DNA of 64,000 bases from Candidatus Thorarchaeota archaeon (GCA_011364905.1 RDNZ01000007.1:16394-80393); one strand, 5' to 3'. Positions 28,952-39,871 are shown, counted from the stretch's first letter. A program made the numbers and translations. The notes: generated from the letters alone by a model not told the origin.

Positions 28952-30460
28952 ATGAGCGAGCAGTTGACAAAAGGAGAAAAAACCATTCTTAGGGAACTAA
29001 TGAATATTGGTCAGCGTGTACCCACCTCGCAGCTAGCAAACAACCTCGGCCAAGCAGAAGAAAGAGTGATCTCAATTCTCAATTCACTGGCAAGTAGGAA
29101 TCTTGTAGAGATTATCTCAAGAGAGATCGTGTCCTACAAAATAACTGAGGAGGGGCAGGAGTATGCCGAAACAGGCCTTCCCGAGGTGCGTCTCTTTAAT
29201 GCTGTGAAGAGTTTAGGAGGAGTAGCCAGCTTTGATGATGCCTCTGCTCAATCTGGAATGGACCATAAAACAAAAGGTATCGCGATGAACTGGGCCAGGA
29301 AGAATCACTGGCTCCAGATATTAAAAGAAGACGATGCTACAGTGCTTCGTTCTCTCGTAGATGCACCAGAATCTGATGTATCGGATGTGTTGGAACAAGT
29401 TGCATCAGGAAAAGGCACACTTTCCAAGTCAATGTCAGATGCTCTTAGACAGGCACTAGAGAGGAACCTAGTGTCGGAAGTTATAACCAAGAAATTCGAA
29501 ACGGAGATCATCGAATCTGAGGTTGCAGAGGTTGAGCAGCTACTCGCCGTGGATTCAGGAGGGATTGGAAATTTGACTCCAGAGATTCTAACCACTGGCG
29601 CTTGGAGAAACAAGTCATTTAGACCATATAATGTAGACATCGTACCAGCCTATGCAAACTACGGGAAGAAGCATCCTTACGCGGAATTCAATGATTGGCT
29701 TAGAGAGATTATGATTGGACTGGGTTTCACAGAATGGTTTGGTCCCTATGTTGAAACCGAATTCTGGGGTCATGATACACTCTTTGTTCCCCAAGATCAT
29801 GTTTCGCGTGAAGTCCAAGATCAATTCAGAGTTGCAGCTCCATTCGACCACGGGCACATTCGGGACAGGAAATATTACAAAGCTGTGAAAGCAGTACATG
29901 AGAATGGAGGAACCACTGGTTCTAAGGGCTGGGACTGGCCATATAGTGAAGAGGTGGCAACCAGACTTTGTCTGCGCCCTCATACAACCCCAGTATCAAT
30001 GAGGTATCTCTATGAACATCGTGAAAGCCCTCAGAAGATGTTCATCATAGACCGAAACTTCAGGTCAGAAACACTCAGTGCAACACATGGGCAGGAATTT
30101 GACCAGTGTGAGGGAATCATCATGGACAAAGGACTGACGTTGAGAGACCTCCTAGGATACCTCACTTCAATATGCAATGCTGTAGGCATTAAGAAGTTGA
30201 AATTCAAACCTGGGCAGTTTCCTTTCACTGAGCCAAGTGTTGAAACTTTCGGAAAACATGAGAAGCTTGGATGGATTGAGCTTGGTGGTTCCGGGATTTT
30301 TCGACCAGAGGTCACCCTGCCGCTTGGAATAGAAGATACGGTCCTCGCATGGGGAATCGGTTCAGGGAGGCTCTACATGGCAGCTATGGGTATCAATGAC
30401 ATTAGAGACCTCTTCTCAAGAGATTTGAATTGGCTTAGGAGGAGCCACTTCGTCAGGTAG
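28952..30460 (+). CDS. pheS: Phenylalanine-tRNA ligase alpha subunit
   Basis: PQDH, LRPHTT, FRSE, FPFTEPS, GSGIFRPEV, AWGIG. Confidence 0.95.
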   Translation: MSEQLTKGEKTILRELMNIGQRVPTSQLANNLGQAEERVISILNSLASRNLVEIISREIVSYKITEEGQEYAETGLPEVRLFNAVKSLGGVASFDDASAQSGMDHKTKGIAMNWARKNHWLQILKEDDATVLRSLVDAPESDVSDVLEQVASGKGTLSKSMSDALRQALERNLVSEVITKKFETEIIESEVAEVEQLLAVDSGGIGNLTPEILTTGAWRNKSFRPYNVDIVPAYANYGKKHPYAEFNDWLREIMIGLGFTEWFGPYVETEFWGHDTLFVPQDHVSREVQDQFRVAAPFDHGHIRDRKYYKAVKAVHENGGTTGSKGWDWPYSEEVATRLCLRPHTTPVSMRYLYEHRESPQKMFIIDRNFRSETLSATHGQEFDQCEGIIMDKGLTLRDLLGYLTSICNAVGIKKLKFKPGQFPFTEPSVETFGKHEKLGWIELGGSGIFRPEVTLPLGIEDTVLAWGIGSGRLYMAAMGINDIRDLFSRDLNWLRRSHFVR

Positions 30461-30469
30461 GTGATAACG

Positions 30470-32140
30470 ATGATTGTAGAATGTAGGATAGACGATCTCC
30501 TATCATTGATCGGCAAGAAACTAACCCATCGACAACTGGAAGACACACTCTTTCTAATCAAGGCGGAGATAGAGAAGCTTGAGGGGAACATTGTGGAGAT
30601 AGAAGTGAATCCAGACCGCCAAGATATGCTCTCGACTGAAGGCATTGCAAGGGCGGTTAGGTCATTCCTAAGAATAGACTCTGGTCTCTGGAAGTATCCA
30701 GTCCGAAAATCCGGAAAGCAAGTCATCGTCAAGCCAGGTCTCAGCAAAATAAGACCATTCATTTGCTGCTCAATCATTAAGGGAGTTCCTTCAGATGATG
30801 AACTAATCAAGGAGTATATGCATCTGCAAGATGCTCTGACTTCCACACATGGAAGAAACAGAAACAAAGCTAGTATTGGTCTCTATGTCTATGATGACAT
30901 TCAGTTCCCAGTAATCTATAAGCCACAAAAACCGGAGAAGATAAAATTCATACCTCTTGGCTATGAGAAGGAGATGGATGGTCCAACAATCCTAGCTGTT
31001 CACGAAAAAGGAGTTGAGTTTGGACCAATATTGCAGAATCACAGTAAGTGGCCTCTACTAATTGACTCCAAAAACCAGGTGCTAAGTCTACCACCTATTA
31101 TCAATAGTAATAACTTAGGCAGAATGACCACTGAAACAAAGAATCTTTTCATCGAAGTCACCGGGACTCATTTACCGACTGTTGACCAAGCATTGAACAT
31201 CATCACTGCGTCTCTTGCAGAAAGAGGAGGAAAGATCGAGTCGGTCAATGTTGTGTACCCTGACGGTTCAACTGAAGAGACCCCTAACTTCAAGCCTGAA
31301 GGAATGAAACTAGATATCAGAGAGATCAATCGCATGATTGGGCTTGATTTGACAGGAACTGAGATTATCCAAGCTTTAGAGAGGATGGGTTACGGAACAA
31401 AAATGCTGAGGTCCAAACAAGTCCAAATCCTAATTCCACAAGTACGAATGGACATTCTTCATCCAGTGGATATTATCGAGGATGTTGCTATCGGATATGG
31501 ATTCGATAACTTGAAACCAGCAATGCCTCAAACAATGACGGCGGGCAAGACAAATCCGGTGACTCGGGTTAAAAACAAGCTAAGAGATCTAATGGTGGGA
31601 ATGGAGTATAATGAAGTCATGAACTACATTATGACATCTCCGGAACTCTTGAATGACAAAATGCTTCGGAACCGACTCATGATTACCACAGGAAATCCGA
31701 AAAGTCTGAGCTACTCTGTTCTTCGGAATTCGCTCCTGCCAATTCTTCTTGATTTCACATCACAGAATCAACATGCTGACTATCCACAGAAAGTTTTCGA
31801 GGTGGGAGACATTGTGATTCCTGATGAGACCAAGGAAACATGCGTGGACCAAGTCCCATCAGTGTGTGGCTTAGAGAGTGATGTTAAGGTGAATATTACT
31901 AAACTCATGTCCGAGATAGGATTCCTATTGCGGAATTTGGGATTGGGCGAGCGTTTCAAATTCGAATCAGAGAAGAATACAGATTTCATTGAAGGTAGGT
32001 CTGGATGTATCAAAATCGATGGAAAGACATGGGGCATCTTTGGAGAGATTTCTCCCGTGATACTTTCAAACTTTGGTATCGGATATCCTATTGTTGCATT
32101 TGAGATATTCTTCCCGAGAGAGATTGATTGGCTCATGTAA
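30470..32140 (+). CDS. pheT: Phenylalanine-tRNA ligase beta subunit
   Basis: NPDRQDMLS.EG.AR, SLPPIINS, R.DILHPVDIIEDVAIGYG; GGTGA SD before ATG 30470. Confidence 0.95.
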   Translation: MIVECRIDDLLSLIGKKLTHRQLEDTLFLIKAEIEKLEGNIVEIEVNPDRQDMLSTEGIARAVRSFLRIDSGLWKYPVRKSGKQVIVKPGLSKIRPFICCSIIKGVPSDDELIKEYMHLQDALTSTHGRNRNKASIGLYVYDDIQFPVIYKPQKPEKIKFIPLGYEKEMDGPTILAVHEKGVEFGPILQNHSKWPLLIDSKNQVLSLPPIINSNNLGRMTTETKNLFIEVTGTHLPTVDQALNIITASLAERGGKIESVNVVYPDGSTEETPNFKPEGMKLDIREINRMIGLDLTGTEIIQALERMGYGTKMLRSKQVQILIPQVRMDILHPVDIIEDVAIGYGFDNLKPAMPQTMTAGKTNPVTRVKNKLRDLMVGMEYNEVMNYIMTSPELLNDKMLRNRLMITTGNPKSLSYSVLRNSLLPILLDFTSQNQHADYPQKVFEVGDIVIPDETKETCVDQVPSVCGLESDVKVNITKLMSEIGFLLRNLGLGERFKFESEKNTDFIEGRSGCIKIDGKTWGIFGEISPVILSNFGIGYPIVAFEIFFPREIDWLM

Positions 32141-32243
32141 AATAACATACTGAAGGTTTGAGAATCTCCGAAGAAAAGATATAAGACAAAACCTGTGAAC
32201 TGTCAGAGTAAGTCCGGTAAGTGATAACCCAAGGTGCTCCTGT

Positions 32244-32840
32244 ATGGCTCAGAGCAATGACACCACAGCTGCTGCATCCGACGACGGATTTGAAGGATAC
32301 AAGTTTAGAATAGTTTTGTTAGGAGAGGCAGCCGTAGGCAAAACATCGCTCGTGAGGAGATACACTGAGAATGTCTTTGATGAGGAGTATAAGCAGACCA
32401 TCGGAACAACATTCGCAACAAAAGATATCGATGTGACCGATGGTGAGGGCAACGTTCGGACAGTTCGTTTGAATATATGGGACATGGGCGGACAATCAAC
32501 CTATAGAGAACTCCGCAGGCAGTTCATGAAAGGAGCCTCTGGGGCGGTAATCGTCTACGATGTAACCCGTCCGGAAACTTTCATGGCAATGAACAATTGG
32601 TTTGAGTCATTCAAAGAGGTGTGCCCAGATTCGCCGGTTATCATTAGCGCAAACAAAGTGGATCTATCAGAGAACAGGATGGTCCCTCAAGAACCCGGAA
32701 TGATGCTGCGTGATTGGTTTCAGGCAGAGTATTTTGAGACTTCGGCGAAGACTGGCGACAAGGTAAACAATGTATTTACACGAGTTGCAGAGGTTGTTCT
32801 GGAGAAGGCACTATCTGAGAGCAAGAGTCCTTTGATGTGA
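32244..32840 (+). CDS. Rab-like small GTPase
   Basis: GEAAVGKTS, TIG, WDMGGQ, NKVD, ETSAK. Confidence 0.9.
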   Translation: MAQSNDTTAAASDDGFEGYKFRIVLLGEAAVGKTSLVRRYTENVFDEEYKQTIGTTFATKDIDVTDGEGNVRTVRLNIWDMGGQSTYRELRRQFMKGASGAVIVYDVTRPETFMAMNNWFESFKEVCPDSPVIISANKVDLSENRMVPQEPGMMLRDWFQAEYFETSAKTGDKVNNVFTRVAEVVLEKALSESKSPLM

Positions 32841-32855
32841 CCCTTTCCGGGTGAG

Positions 32856-33278
32856 GTGAAGGTGAACGTGATAGTAAGGGACTTCATGACATCATTTATT
32901 GTCACAGCTGATGCAGATACTCTTGTAGTCGATGCCGCGAAATTGATGGCAGCAGAGGATGTTGGCAGCCTGCTCGTTACAAAAGCAGATGTTCTTGCTG
33001 GGATGATTACAAGACGCGAAGTAATTGGTGCTCAGCTTCTATCGGATAAAGCCTATCATTCTCTGTGCGTAAAAGACATAATGACAACTCCTGTTGTAAC
33101 AATTGGACCTGAAGCTGATCTTGGTCAAACCATCGCGTTGATGAATCAGACAGGAGTACGTCATGTGCCAGTCATTGAAGGAAACGACATAATCGGACTT
33201 GTTGCGTCAACAGACATAATCAGAGTACTGGCAACAATGAAGCTAATCGCTGATGGTGCGCCGGCAATCGAAGATTAA
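32856..33278 (+). CDS. CBS-domain pair protein
   Basis: VRDFMT...VKDIMTTPVVTI...RHVPV. Confidence 0.85.
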   Translation: MKVNVIVRDFMTSFIVTADADTLVVDAAKLMAAEDVGSLLVTKADVLAGMITRREVIGAQLLSDKAYHSLCVKDIMTTPVVTIGPEADLGQTIALMNQTGVRHVPVIEGNDIIGLVASTDIIRVLATMKLIADGAPAIED

Positions 33279-33973
33279 CCTATTTTGTATTTTGAAGCTT
33301 CAGCTCTGATCTCTTTTTTCAGTTGGATTATATCACGCGCTTGCATCTCTTTGCGTTTCTGATAACCTCCAACGATTCCAGCCCACCTATCGATATGAAC
33401 CATAATGGGATCGCTTGGAACAATTTTCATTATAGCAGCTTTTGATTCTGCCAAAGCATCTAGGACATCTCCAGCTACACAACCCATCTTTAGGGATTTA
33501 ATTATGGAGTCGAGATGTCCTGCAATTTGCAGTGATCGGTCAGCTGAAAGCGAGGAGGGAGCAGCTGAAGGCGCCGGAGTTGGTTCAGGTCTGGATGCAG
33601 GAGCAGGTTCCGGTGCCGGAGCGGATCTTGCAGGTGTGGGGGCTACCTGTACTGGCACGGGTTCGGGAACCGGCATATTCTGAATGATCTGTAGCATCTC
33701 ATTTCGTAGGTTCTCGATGGACTGCTGAATGAAGACGCGGATTGCCCCGACCTCCTGCACGACCATGTTTGCCAAGTCTTCCTGATTATCAGGAGCTGGA
33801 GCGGCTTGAGCTTGATTACCCAGAGCAGCAATAATCTCGTCCTTAGCAGTTCGTACCTCAGATTTGATCTCGGTGACTGTTCCTAGAATGGTGATCATTC
33901 GTTTGAGAGTTTCACCAAGTTGGTTGATGCTTTCTTCAATCTTCATCAAACGGCTAAGGAATTGCTCTGCCAT
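33275..33973 (-). CDS. Hypothetical coiled-coil protein with Pro/Ala-rich linker
   Basis: Heptad N-terminus, PAPEPAP linker, helical C-domain; start adjusted to MAEQFL. Confidence 0.65.
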   Translation of the reverse strand: MAEQFLSRLMKIEESINQLGETLKRMITILGTVTEIKSEVRTAKDEIIAALGNQAQAAPAPDNQEDLANMVVQEVGAIRVFIQQSIENLRNEMLQIIQNMPVPEPVPVQVAPTPARSAPAPEPAPASRPEPTPAPSAAPSSLSADRSLQIAGHLDSIIKSLKMGCVAGDVLDALAESKAAIMKIVPSDPIMVHIDRWAGIVGGYQKRKEMQARDIIQLKKEIRAEASKYKIG

Positions 33974-34159
33974 AGTATTCACCAACAGTCGACATTTCAT
34001 CCGAATATGGAAAATGCCCACTATAATCCTTGCTATGACGAACCCAGAATGAGATTGTGAGTACTATGAAATTTTGGATATTACGAGGATATACTCAGAA
34101 CTATTATTAACCAAAAAGCCGGCAAAGATACTTGGCAGTGAAATCTAGGACGTAGTACC

Positions 34160-34759
34160 ATGTCGATGGATGATGCTAGTCACATGTTTAAGCTGGTTGC
34201 GCTGGGAAATGGCGCTGTTGGCAAGACTAGCTGTATTAAGAGGTACACGGAAGATAGTTTCAGCGAGCGGTACATTGCAACAATTGGCACCACATTCGCC
34301 CTGAAGACTGTGAATACTGTTTTGCCAAGTGGAAGTACTGTAACTGCACGAGTTGTTCTTTGGGATCTTGCAGGGCAGCCCACATACAACGAACTGCGAC
34401 GCAGGTACATGGCTGGCGCATCAATGGCAATCATTGTATATGATGTAACACGGCCTCAAACGTTCTTGGATATAGGTGAATGGTTCACCAAGTTTATCAC
34501 TGTGTGTCCCAATGCTGTGGTCGCGGTCGTAGCCAATAAGATAGATCGTGAGGACAGACTTGTTCCTCCAGAAGCAGGCAAGATGGTCACCCAGTGGTTG
34601 GATGTAGTACATTACGAAACTTCAGCCAAGACCGGAGAGAATGTCAACATTCTCTTCACAGAATTGGTGCAGAAAGCAATTGCCAAACAAGCAGAAACTG
34701 GTCCACTTGATTCAACATCAGGGGATCAACCACCAAAACCATTCAAGCTAGGAGTCTGA
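34160..34759 (+). CDS. Rab-like small GTPase
   Basis: GNGAVGKTS, TIG, WDLAGQ, NKID, ETSAK. Confidence 0.9.
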   Translation: MSMDDASHMFKLVALGNGAVGKTSCIKRYTEDSFSERYIATIGTTFALKTVNTVLPSGSTVTARVVLWDLAGQPTYNELRRRYMAGASMAIIVYDVTRPQTFLDIGEWFTKFITVCPNAVVAVVANKIDREDRLVPPEAGKMVTQWLDVVHYETSAKTGENVNILFTELVQKAIAKQAETGPLDSTSGDQPPKPFKLGV

Positions 34760-34782
34760 GAGGGACACTAGGAAGGATATGA

Positions 34783-35319
34783 ATGGTTTCGACAACCAAA
34801 TATTTAGAAGGATTAATTGGGCATCTTTTTCTCTTCTTAGTTAACTTCTCCGTCCTAGTAGGGATTATTGAGAGTCTTCAGCTTTTTACTCCGTCACTAC
34901 CAATCCTCAATGCTCTGGTCCTGGGATACATGCTTGCTCACACATTCGTACTCCTCACTGTGCAACAAGGCATTCAAATTCTGGAGCTTATTAGAATGCA
35001 TCTACCCACCGTGTTAATTCTTTACTACTTTAGAATCAGTGATCAGGAAACTATTCAGGTTCCGCTGTTTGACCCCACAAAAAGTCGATTGGCAGTTCTA
35101 ATTGTTCTCCTTGTGATAACAGGCGGACCAATACTCTACCCAATTTTCGCAATCTACGGATTTCTTCTCGTTTGGGGACACCTCACAATCATTGCACTAG
35201 ATCCAGCAAGAATTGTTCAATACTTTGGTATATTCCTCAACTATGCACCTCCTTTGTTACTCATTGTAGCAGGAGCCATAGTCATCTCAATTGTGATGAT
35301 TGAAAGAAGACATGTCTGA
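34783..35319 (+). CDS. Hypothetical multi-pass membrane protein
   Basis: 4-5 hydrophobic segments; 23 nt after the GTPase gene. Confidence 0.65.
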   Translation: MVSTTKYLEGLIGHLFLFLVNFSVLVGIIESLQLFTPSLPILNALVLGYMLAHTFVLLTVQQGIQILELIRMHLPTVLILYYFRISDQETIQVPLFDPTKSRLAVLIVLLVITGGPILYPIFAIYGFLLVWGHLTIIALDPARIVQYFGIFLNYAPPLLLIVAGAIVISIVMIERRHV

Positions 35320-35328
35320 GGCGCTGAT

Positions 35329-36612
35329 TCAAGAAACAATGATTGTATCTGCCCTATCCGGGCCGATTGAAACCAGTTTCACCTGTGTGTTCGTTAATTT
35401 TTCAATAAACGCAAGGTATCTTTTCAGTTGGACCGGCAAATCGTGCAACGACTCTAATTCTGATAGAGATAGGTCATCAAGTGTCCACCCTTCTAACTCT
35501 TCATAGATAGGAACTACGTTTGACAGAGTGGTAGCATCGGCAGGGAAATTCGTGGTTTCTTCGCCGTCTACATCGTAGGCGACACAGACTTTCAAGGGAT
35601 TGATTCCCGTCAGAGCATCAGCTTTTGTAACTGCCAGAAACTTGCCACCATTGAGCCTGACCGCATACCGCAACGCAACAATATCCAACCACCCGCATCT
35701 TCGAGGCCGACCTGTTACTGTGCCATACTCTCTGCCTTTATCGCGAATTCTTAGACCAACGCTTCCTTCAACCTCTGTTGGAAAAGGGCCGGTTCCGACT
35801 CTAGTCAGATACGCCTTGCAGATACCTAACACAGACTCGAGTTTCGAGAATGGAACTCCAGTTCCGATTGATGCAGCGGCAGAAATACAATTAGAACTTG
35901 TGACAAAAGGATAGGTCCCATGGTCAATATCAAGTAGAGTACCTTGAGCTCCTTCAAATAGGACACGTTTTCCTGCACTCATCTCCTTCTCCAAGAAGAC
36001 GCCACTGTCTCCAACATAGGGCAAAAGGCTCTTGACAGCAGAGGTAAAAGACTCCAATGAAGGACCATTTTGTGTATCCACATCTGCATGATGAACTGCC
36101 TCAATAATAGACCTCGATGAAGCTTCAAGAGATGACCATTGATCACCTGAATGGTTTCTGAAATCGCAAAATCGAACACCGACACGAGACACCTTGTCAG
36201 AGTATGTAGGACCAATTCCTCTCCTCGTGGTACCGATCATCTTTCCTCCTTTAGATAACTCATTAAGGCCATCAATCTGAATGTGATACGGTGTGATGAG
36301 ATGCGCTCGGTCACTGATTAGCAGGTTAACCTCGATTCCGGCCTTCCTCAAGGCGTTAATCTCATCTAAGAGAATGATGGGATCAACCACAACACCATTT
36401 CCAATCACTACACTTTTTTTGCGTATAGCGCCAGTGGGCATAATTCTAAACTTGTGTACCTTCTCGCCTATTTTCACAGTATGCCCTGCGTTACTGCCAC
36501 CTTGAAATCTAACTACAATGTCAAAGTCCTCTGAAAGTACATCGACTATCTTGCCTTTGCCTTCGTCGCCCCACTGCAGTCCGACGACGACCAAGCTTTG
36601 AGAGGAGTTCAT
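35329..36612 (-). CDS. purA: Adenylosuccinate synthetase
   Basis: QWGDEGKGK, GGSNAGHT, EGAQG, GTVTGRPRRCGWLD. Confidence 0.95.
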   Translation of the reverse strand: MNSSQSLVVVGLQWGDEGKGKIVDVLSEDFDIVVRFQGGSNAGHTVKIGEKVHKFRIMPTGAIRKKSVVIGNGVVVDPIILLDEINALRKAGIEVNLLISDRAHLITPYHIQIDGLNELSKGGKMIGTTRRGIGPTYSDKVSRVGVRFCDFRNHSGDQWSSLEASSRSIIEAVHHADVDTQNGPSLESFTSAVKSLLPYVGDSGVFLEKEMSAGKRVLFEGAQGTLLDIDHGTYPFVTSSNCISAAASIGTGVPFSKLESVLGICKAYLTRVGTGPFPTEVEGSVGLRIRDKGREYGTVTGRPRRCGWLDIVALRYAVRLNGGKFLAVTKADALTGINPLKVCVAYDVDGEETTNFPADATTLSNVVPIYEELEGWTLDDLSLSELESLHDLPVQLKRYLAFIEKLTNTQVKLVSIGPDRADTIIVS

Positions 36613-36717
36613 AGAGTGAGACCTTCGTTCGTTGTAGATAATAGTTATGCCTTGTTTCAGACTTTTGTGTTATGCAGGTATTTAAATTCCAGAGCTAGTT
36701 TATGGAGTCGAGAGACT

Positions 36718-38070
36718 TTGAAGAAATCAGATGTTGTTATCGTTGGTGCAGGATCAGCAGGATGTGTCACAGCTAGAAGATGTGCTGAACTTGGACTGAA
36801 GACACTGCTTTTGGATAGAAAGCCTCAGGAAGAAGTCGGGCAGAAAGTATGCGGCGACGAGGTTAGTAAAACACACTTTGAGGCAACAGGAATAGACTAC
36901 CCTGAGGGTGATGAAATATCGTCAGCCATTTTAGGCGCAGATGTCTATCCTCCAAACAGAAAGAACGAATTACAGGTCAGAGGATGGACTGAGTTTGACG
37001 GTTGGACTGTGAACAGGCTCATTTGGGGGCAAAGGCTACTAAAGGATGCTATCGATGCAGGTGTCAAATTCCTGCCCAATATCCATGTAGCCGAACCTGT
37101 GGTGAATTCGGACCGTGTCATAGGTGTTGAATACAAAGACCTCGAATCTGCGGAAACTGTCGTTGTTAGTAGCAAGATAGTCGTTGATGCAAGCGGATTT
37201 GCAGCAGTTATAAGAAACAAGTTGGAAAGCCCTCTCATTGAAAACAACATTGACAAAGAGGACGTTGCCCTCTGTTATAGAGAGATTCTGAAGCTGAAGA
37301 TGCCTTTGGCTGAACCCGAGGTTGCTCGTGTTTTCCTTGGTGGAGAAATAGCACCAAAGGGCTACGCATGGATTTTCCCCAAGGGGGTTCAAGAGGTCAA
37401 TGTAGGTGTAGGCATAACAGGCGGTGAAGGACGCGGCTCACCAAAATCACACTGCTTTAAGTTCAAGGAGCAATACCCGTTGCTGTTCGGCAGCAAGGTA
37501 ATAGATGGAAAGGGAGGTGCAGTGCCAGTCAGGAGACCCCTCAAGAGTCTTGTTGGAGATGGTATTGCATTCGTTGGAGACGCCGCACTGCAAGTCAATC
37601 CAATCCATGGTGGAGGCATTGGAGCAGGCATGAGAGCAGGAATCATCCTTGGTGAAGTTGTGAGAGGAGCAATTGCAAAACGAGATCTTTCAGCGGCGGG
37701 TTTATGGTCATATAACATGCGATACCTTCCTAACTTCGGACGCAGACTAGCATCTCTTGAGGTCTTCAAAAGACTCCTCCAAGCAGTATCAGATGAAGAC
37801 ATGAACTTCGGTTTTGAAAGAAGACTACTCGAAGCTGAAGACTTGATGGCTGCAAACCGTGGTGATGGGATTTCTCTCAGCATTGTTGAAAAAATGAAGA
37901 GAGTAAAAAGAGGAGCAGGCAGAATATCTCTTCTAATGAAGTTGCAGAAGGCAGCAGGGCTCATGAAAAAGATGAACAAAGCTTACAGTAACTACCCGAC
38001 CAGCCCAGATAGACTTGATAGTTGGGAAAAGTCAGTCTTGAGCATTATAGAATCGGCAACTTTCAAATAG
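36718..38070 (+). CDS. Digeranylgeranylglycerophospholipid reductase (GGR family)
   Basis: VGAGSAG, YAWIFPKG, VGDAA..VNPIHGGG; TTG start inferred downstream of TTTAAA. Confidence 0.85.
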   Translation: MKKSDVVIVGAGSAGCVTARRCAELGLKTLLLDRKPQEEVGQKVCGDEVSKTHFEATGIDYPEGDEISSAILGADVYPPNRKNELQVRGWTEFDGWTVNRLIWGQRLLKDAIDAGVKFLPNIHVAEPVVNSDRVIGVEYKDLESAETVVVSSKIVVDASGFAAVIRNKLESPLIENNIDKEDVALCYREILKLKMPLAEPEVARVFLGGEIAPKGYAWIFPKGVQEVNVGVGITGGEGRGSPKSHCFKFKEQYPLLFGSKVIDGKGGAVPVRRPLKSLVGDGIAFVGDAALQVNPIHGGGIGAGMRAGIILGEVVRGAIAKRDLSAAGLWSYNMRYLPNFGRRLASLEVFKRLLQAVSDEDMNFGFERRLLEAEDLMAANRGDGISLSIVEKMKRVKRGAGRISLLMKLQKAAGLMKKMNKAYSNYPTSPDRLDSWEKSVLSIIESATFK

Positions 38071-38078
38071 AGAAGAAA

Positions 38079-38099
38079 GATGGTCTTTGCGAGACCATC
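38079..38099. terminator. Hairpin between convergent GGR and radA
   Basis: GATGGTCT/AGACCATC stem with T-rich tracts on both strands. Confidence 0.55.
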
Positions 38100-38119
38100 A
38101 GTTTCTGCAAAAATGAATT

Positions 38120-39172
38120 TTAGACGTCACGTATGCCATCCTTAACAACAGTGAAAACTGCTTCACCCTCGGGAAGGTTGGGAGAATCTACTAGCCGGCA
38201 GATTCTTCGTTCACCTTTTGATTTTCTGAGATAACAACGGGTCTGTGGCACATGTGCAAGGACATGACCACCTACAGGAGCTGTTGGGTCTCCAAAGAAT
38301 GCATCCGGCCGGGACATGACTTGATTGGTGATATACACCGCCATATTGTTGATCTCCGCACCTCTCTGGAGATGGTGGAGATGCTTGTTTAATTTCTGTT
38401 GTCTTGCTGCCAGGGTACCTCTACCAGTATATTCCGCTCTAAAGTGACTCGTCACGGAGTCAACAACCAATAGTCTGGCATTCTGGTCAGTTGCCATTTC
38501 CATGGCTTGATCGCACAAAAGGATTTGATGGTCCGAGTTGTACGCGCGAGCCCACACGACATTCTTCAGAACTTTGGCTGGGTCCATCCCATAGGCCTCT
38601 GCCATGTCAACTAAGCGCTCAGGCCGGAAAGTCCCTTCGGTATCCACATAGATTGCTTTTGCGCCAAGACCCCCCTCTTCTGGGGAACGCTGTACCATCA
38701 CAGCCAATTGATGTGCAATCTGAGTTTTTCCCGACCTGAAAGATCCGTACATCTCTGTGATGGATTGAGTTTCAAGGCCTCCTGCAAAAAGCTCATCCAA
38801 AGCCTTGGAACCTGTGGAGATACGACCAGCTGTTTTACGCCTTTCCAAAAGTAAATCGGCAGTCTCGAATCCAATGTCTAGCATCTCTCGAGCCGCTTTG
38901 ATGATCTTTGTGGCCGTTGTCTCTCCAATTGAACCAGCTGCTGCTAGTTCTCCAGGGGATGCAACAGCAATTGCTTCTACATTCTTATAGCCCGATTCGG
39001 CTAATCGTTTTCCAATAGCTGGACCGACTCCAGGGAGATCGGTCACTTCAATCCCTGACACTCCAGCATCTTCGCCAGAAGTTTCAAGGGTTTCCTGATC
39101 ATTCGCATCGAACTCCTCGTAGTCCATTTCCTCTTCGTCTTTTTCTTCATCTGCTTCCTTTTTTGGTGACAA
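38120..39172 (-). CDS. radA: DNA repair and recombination protein RadA
   Basis: HhH N-domain, [31 protein letters not shown]. Confidence 0.95.
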   Translation of the reverse strand: MSPKKEADEEKDEEEMDYEEFDANDQETLETSGEDAGVSGIEVTDLPGVGPAIGKRLAESGYKNVEAIAVASPGELAAAGSIGETTATKIIKAAREMLDIGFETADLLLERRKTAGRISTGSKALDELFAGGLETQSITEMYGSFRSGKTQIAHQLAVMVQRSPEEGGLGAKAIYVDTEGTFRPERLVDMAEAYGMDPAKVLKNVVWARAYNSDHQILLCDQAMEMATDQNARLLVVDSVTSHFRAEYTGRGTLAARQQKLNKHLHHLQRGAEINNMAVYITNQVMSRPDAFFGDPTAPVGGHVLAHVPQTRCYLRKSKGERRICRLVDSPNLPEGEAVFTVVKDGIRDV

Positions 39173-39384
39173 GTAGAAGACCTCCCTATATCACCCAACA
39201 TCTATCCTCAGACTTTGTTGAGCATGTAGACGTGATAATGTCGATTCACTGAGTATAAAAATAGCACTAGTGAACAGACCGAGTGATGAGTCTATAACTT
39301 CTCTAAAGAACTTGACTCTTCCTACAGAAAGAACTCTGGAATATTTCAATCATAAGACCAATGGTAACAAGGATCGAAAGCGTT

Positions 39385-39711
39385 CTAGCCGCGCGTTAGT
39401 GTGACTAAAATGAATTCCTCTTGGGGAGCGATTCGAATTCCACCCATGTTTGTCTGAATCTGAATGAAAGCCAGCTCGCCGCCTTCTTTAACACCCCGAA
39501 CAATCTCCCATGTCTTACCAATCAGTGCGCTTAGAAGAGCCGAGATTTCTTCAGCCCTCTCAAGAGTCACACCCCATGTGTTGATTGGAAATCCTTCTGG
39601 ACTAATGAAAAGAGCGGCATATACATCGGGAAACTTGCTTGTTATATTTTGAATAATCCTCTCGAATATCTCACGCTTTGGCATTGCTGGCATGTTTTTG
39701 TACACATCCAT
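39385..39711 (-). CDS. Roadblock/LC7 domain protein
   Basis: AALFISPEGFPI...EISALLSAL...GELAFIQIQT. Confidence 0.8.
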   Translation of the reverse strand: MDVYKNMPAMPKREIFERIIQNITSKFPDVYAALFISPEGFPINTWGVTLERAEEISALLSALIGKTWEIVRGVKEGGELAFIQIQTNMGGIRIAPQEEFILVTLTRG

Positions 39712-39871
39712 AGCAGTTTCTGGGTGTTCTGGTATCTCAAAGGTGTTAAATGGACAAAGAAAAAGCTTGTTGTCATATAGCCAAGAGCTAGGAGTGAAAC
39801 TATTTCACTTGATTTCATAAAAAGAGAAACGCTTCCTGATTACCCTATCTGGATACGACTACCAAAACTAT

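Noticed and set aside
30455-30472. pheS TAG is immediately in frame with pheT (possible amber/Pyl readthrough fusion)
   Set aside because: The GGTGA after the stop is a normal SD for ATG 30470; in-frame adjacency has a 1-in-3 chance; no pyl genes in the window.
37389-37979. 196-aa antisense ORF inside GGR, and similar shadow ORFs throughout
   Set aside because: Fully antisense to well-supported genes with no motifs; expected from codon bias.
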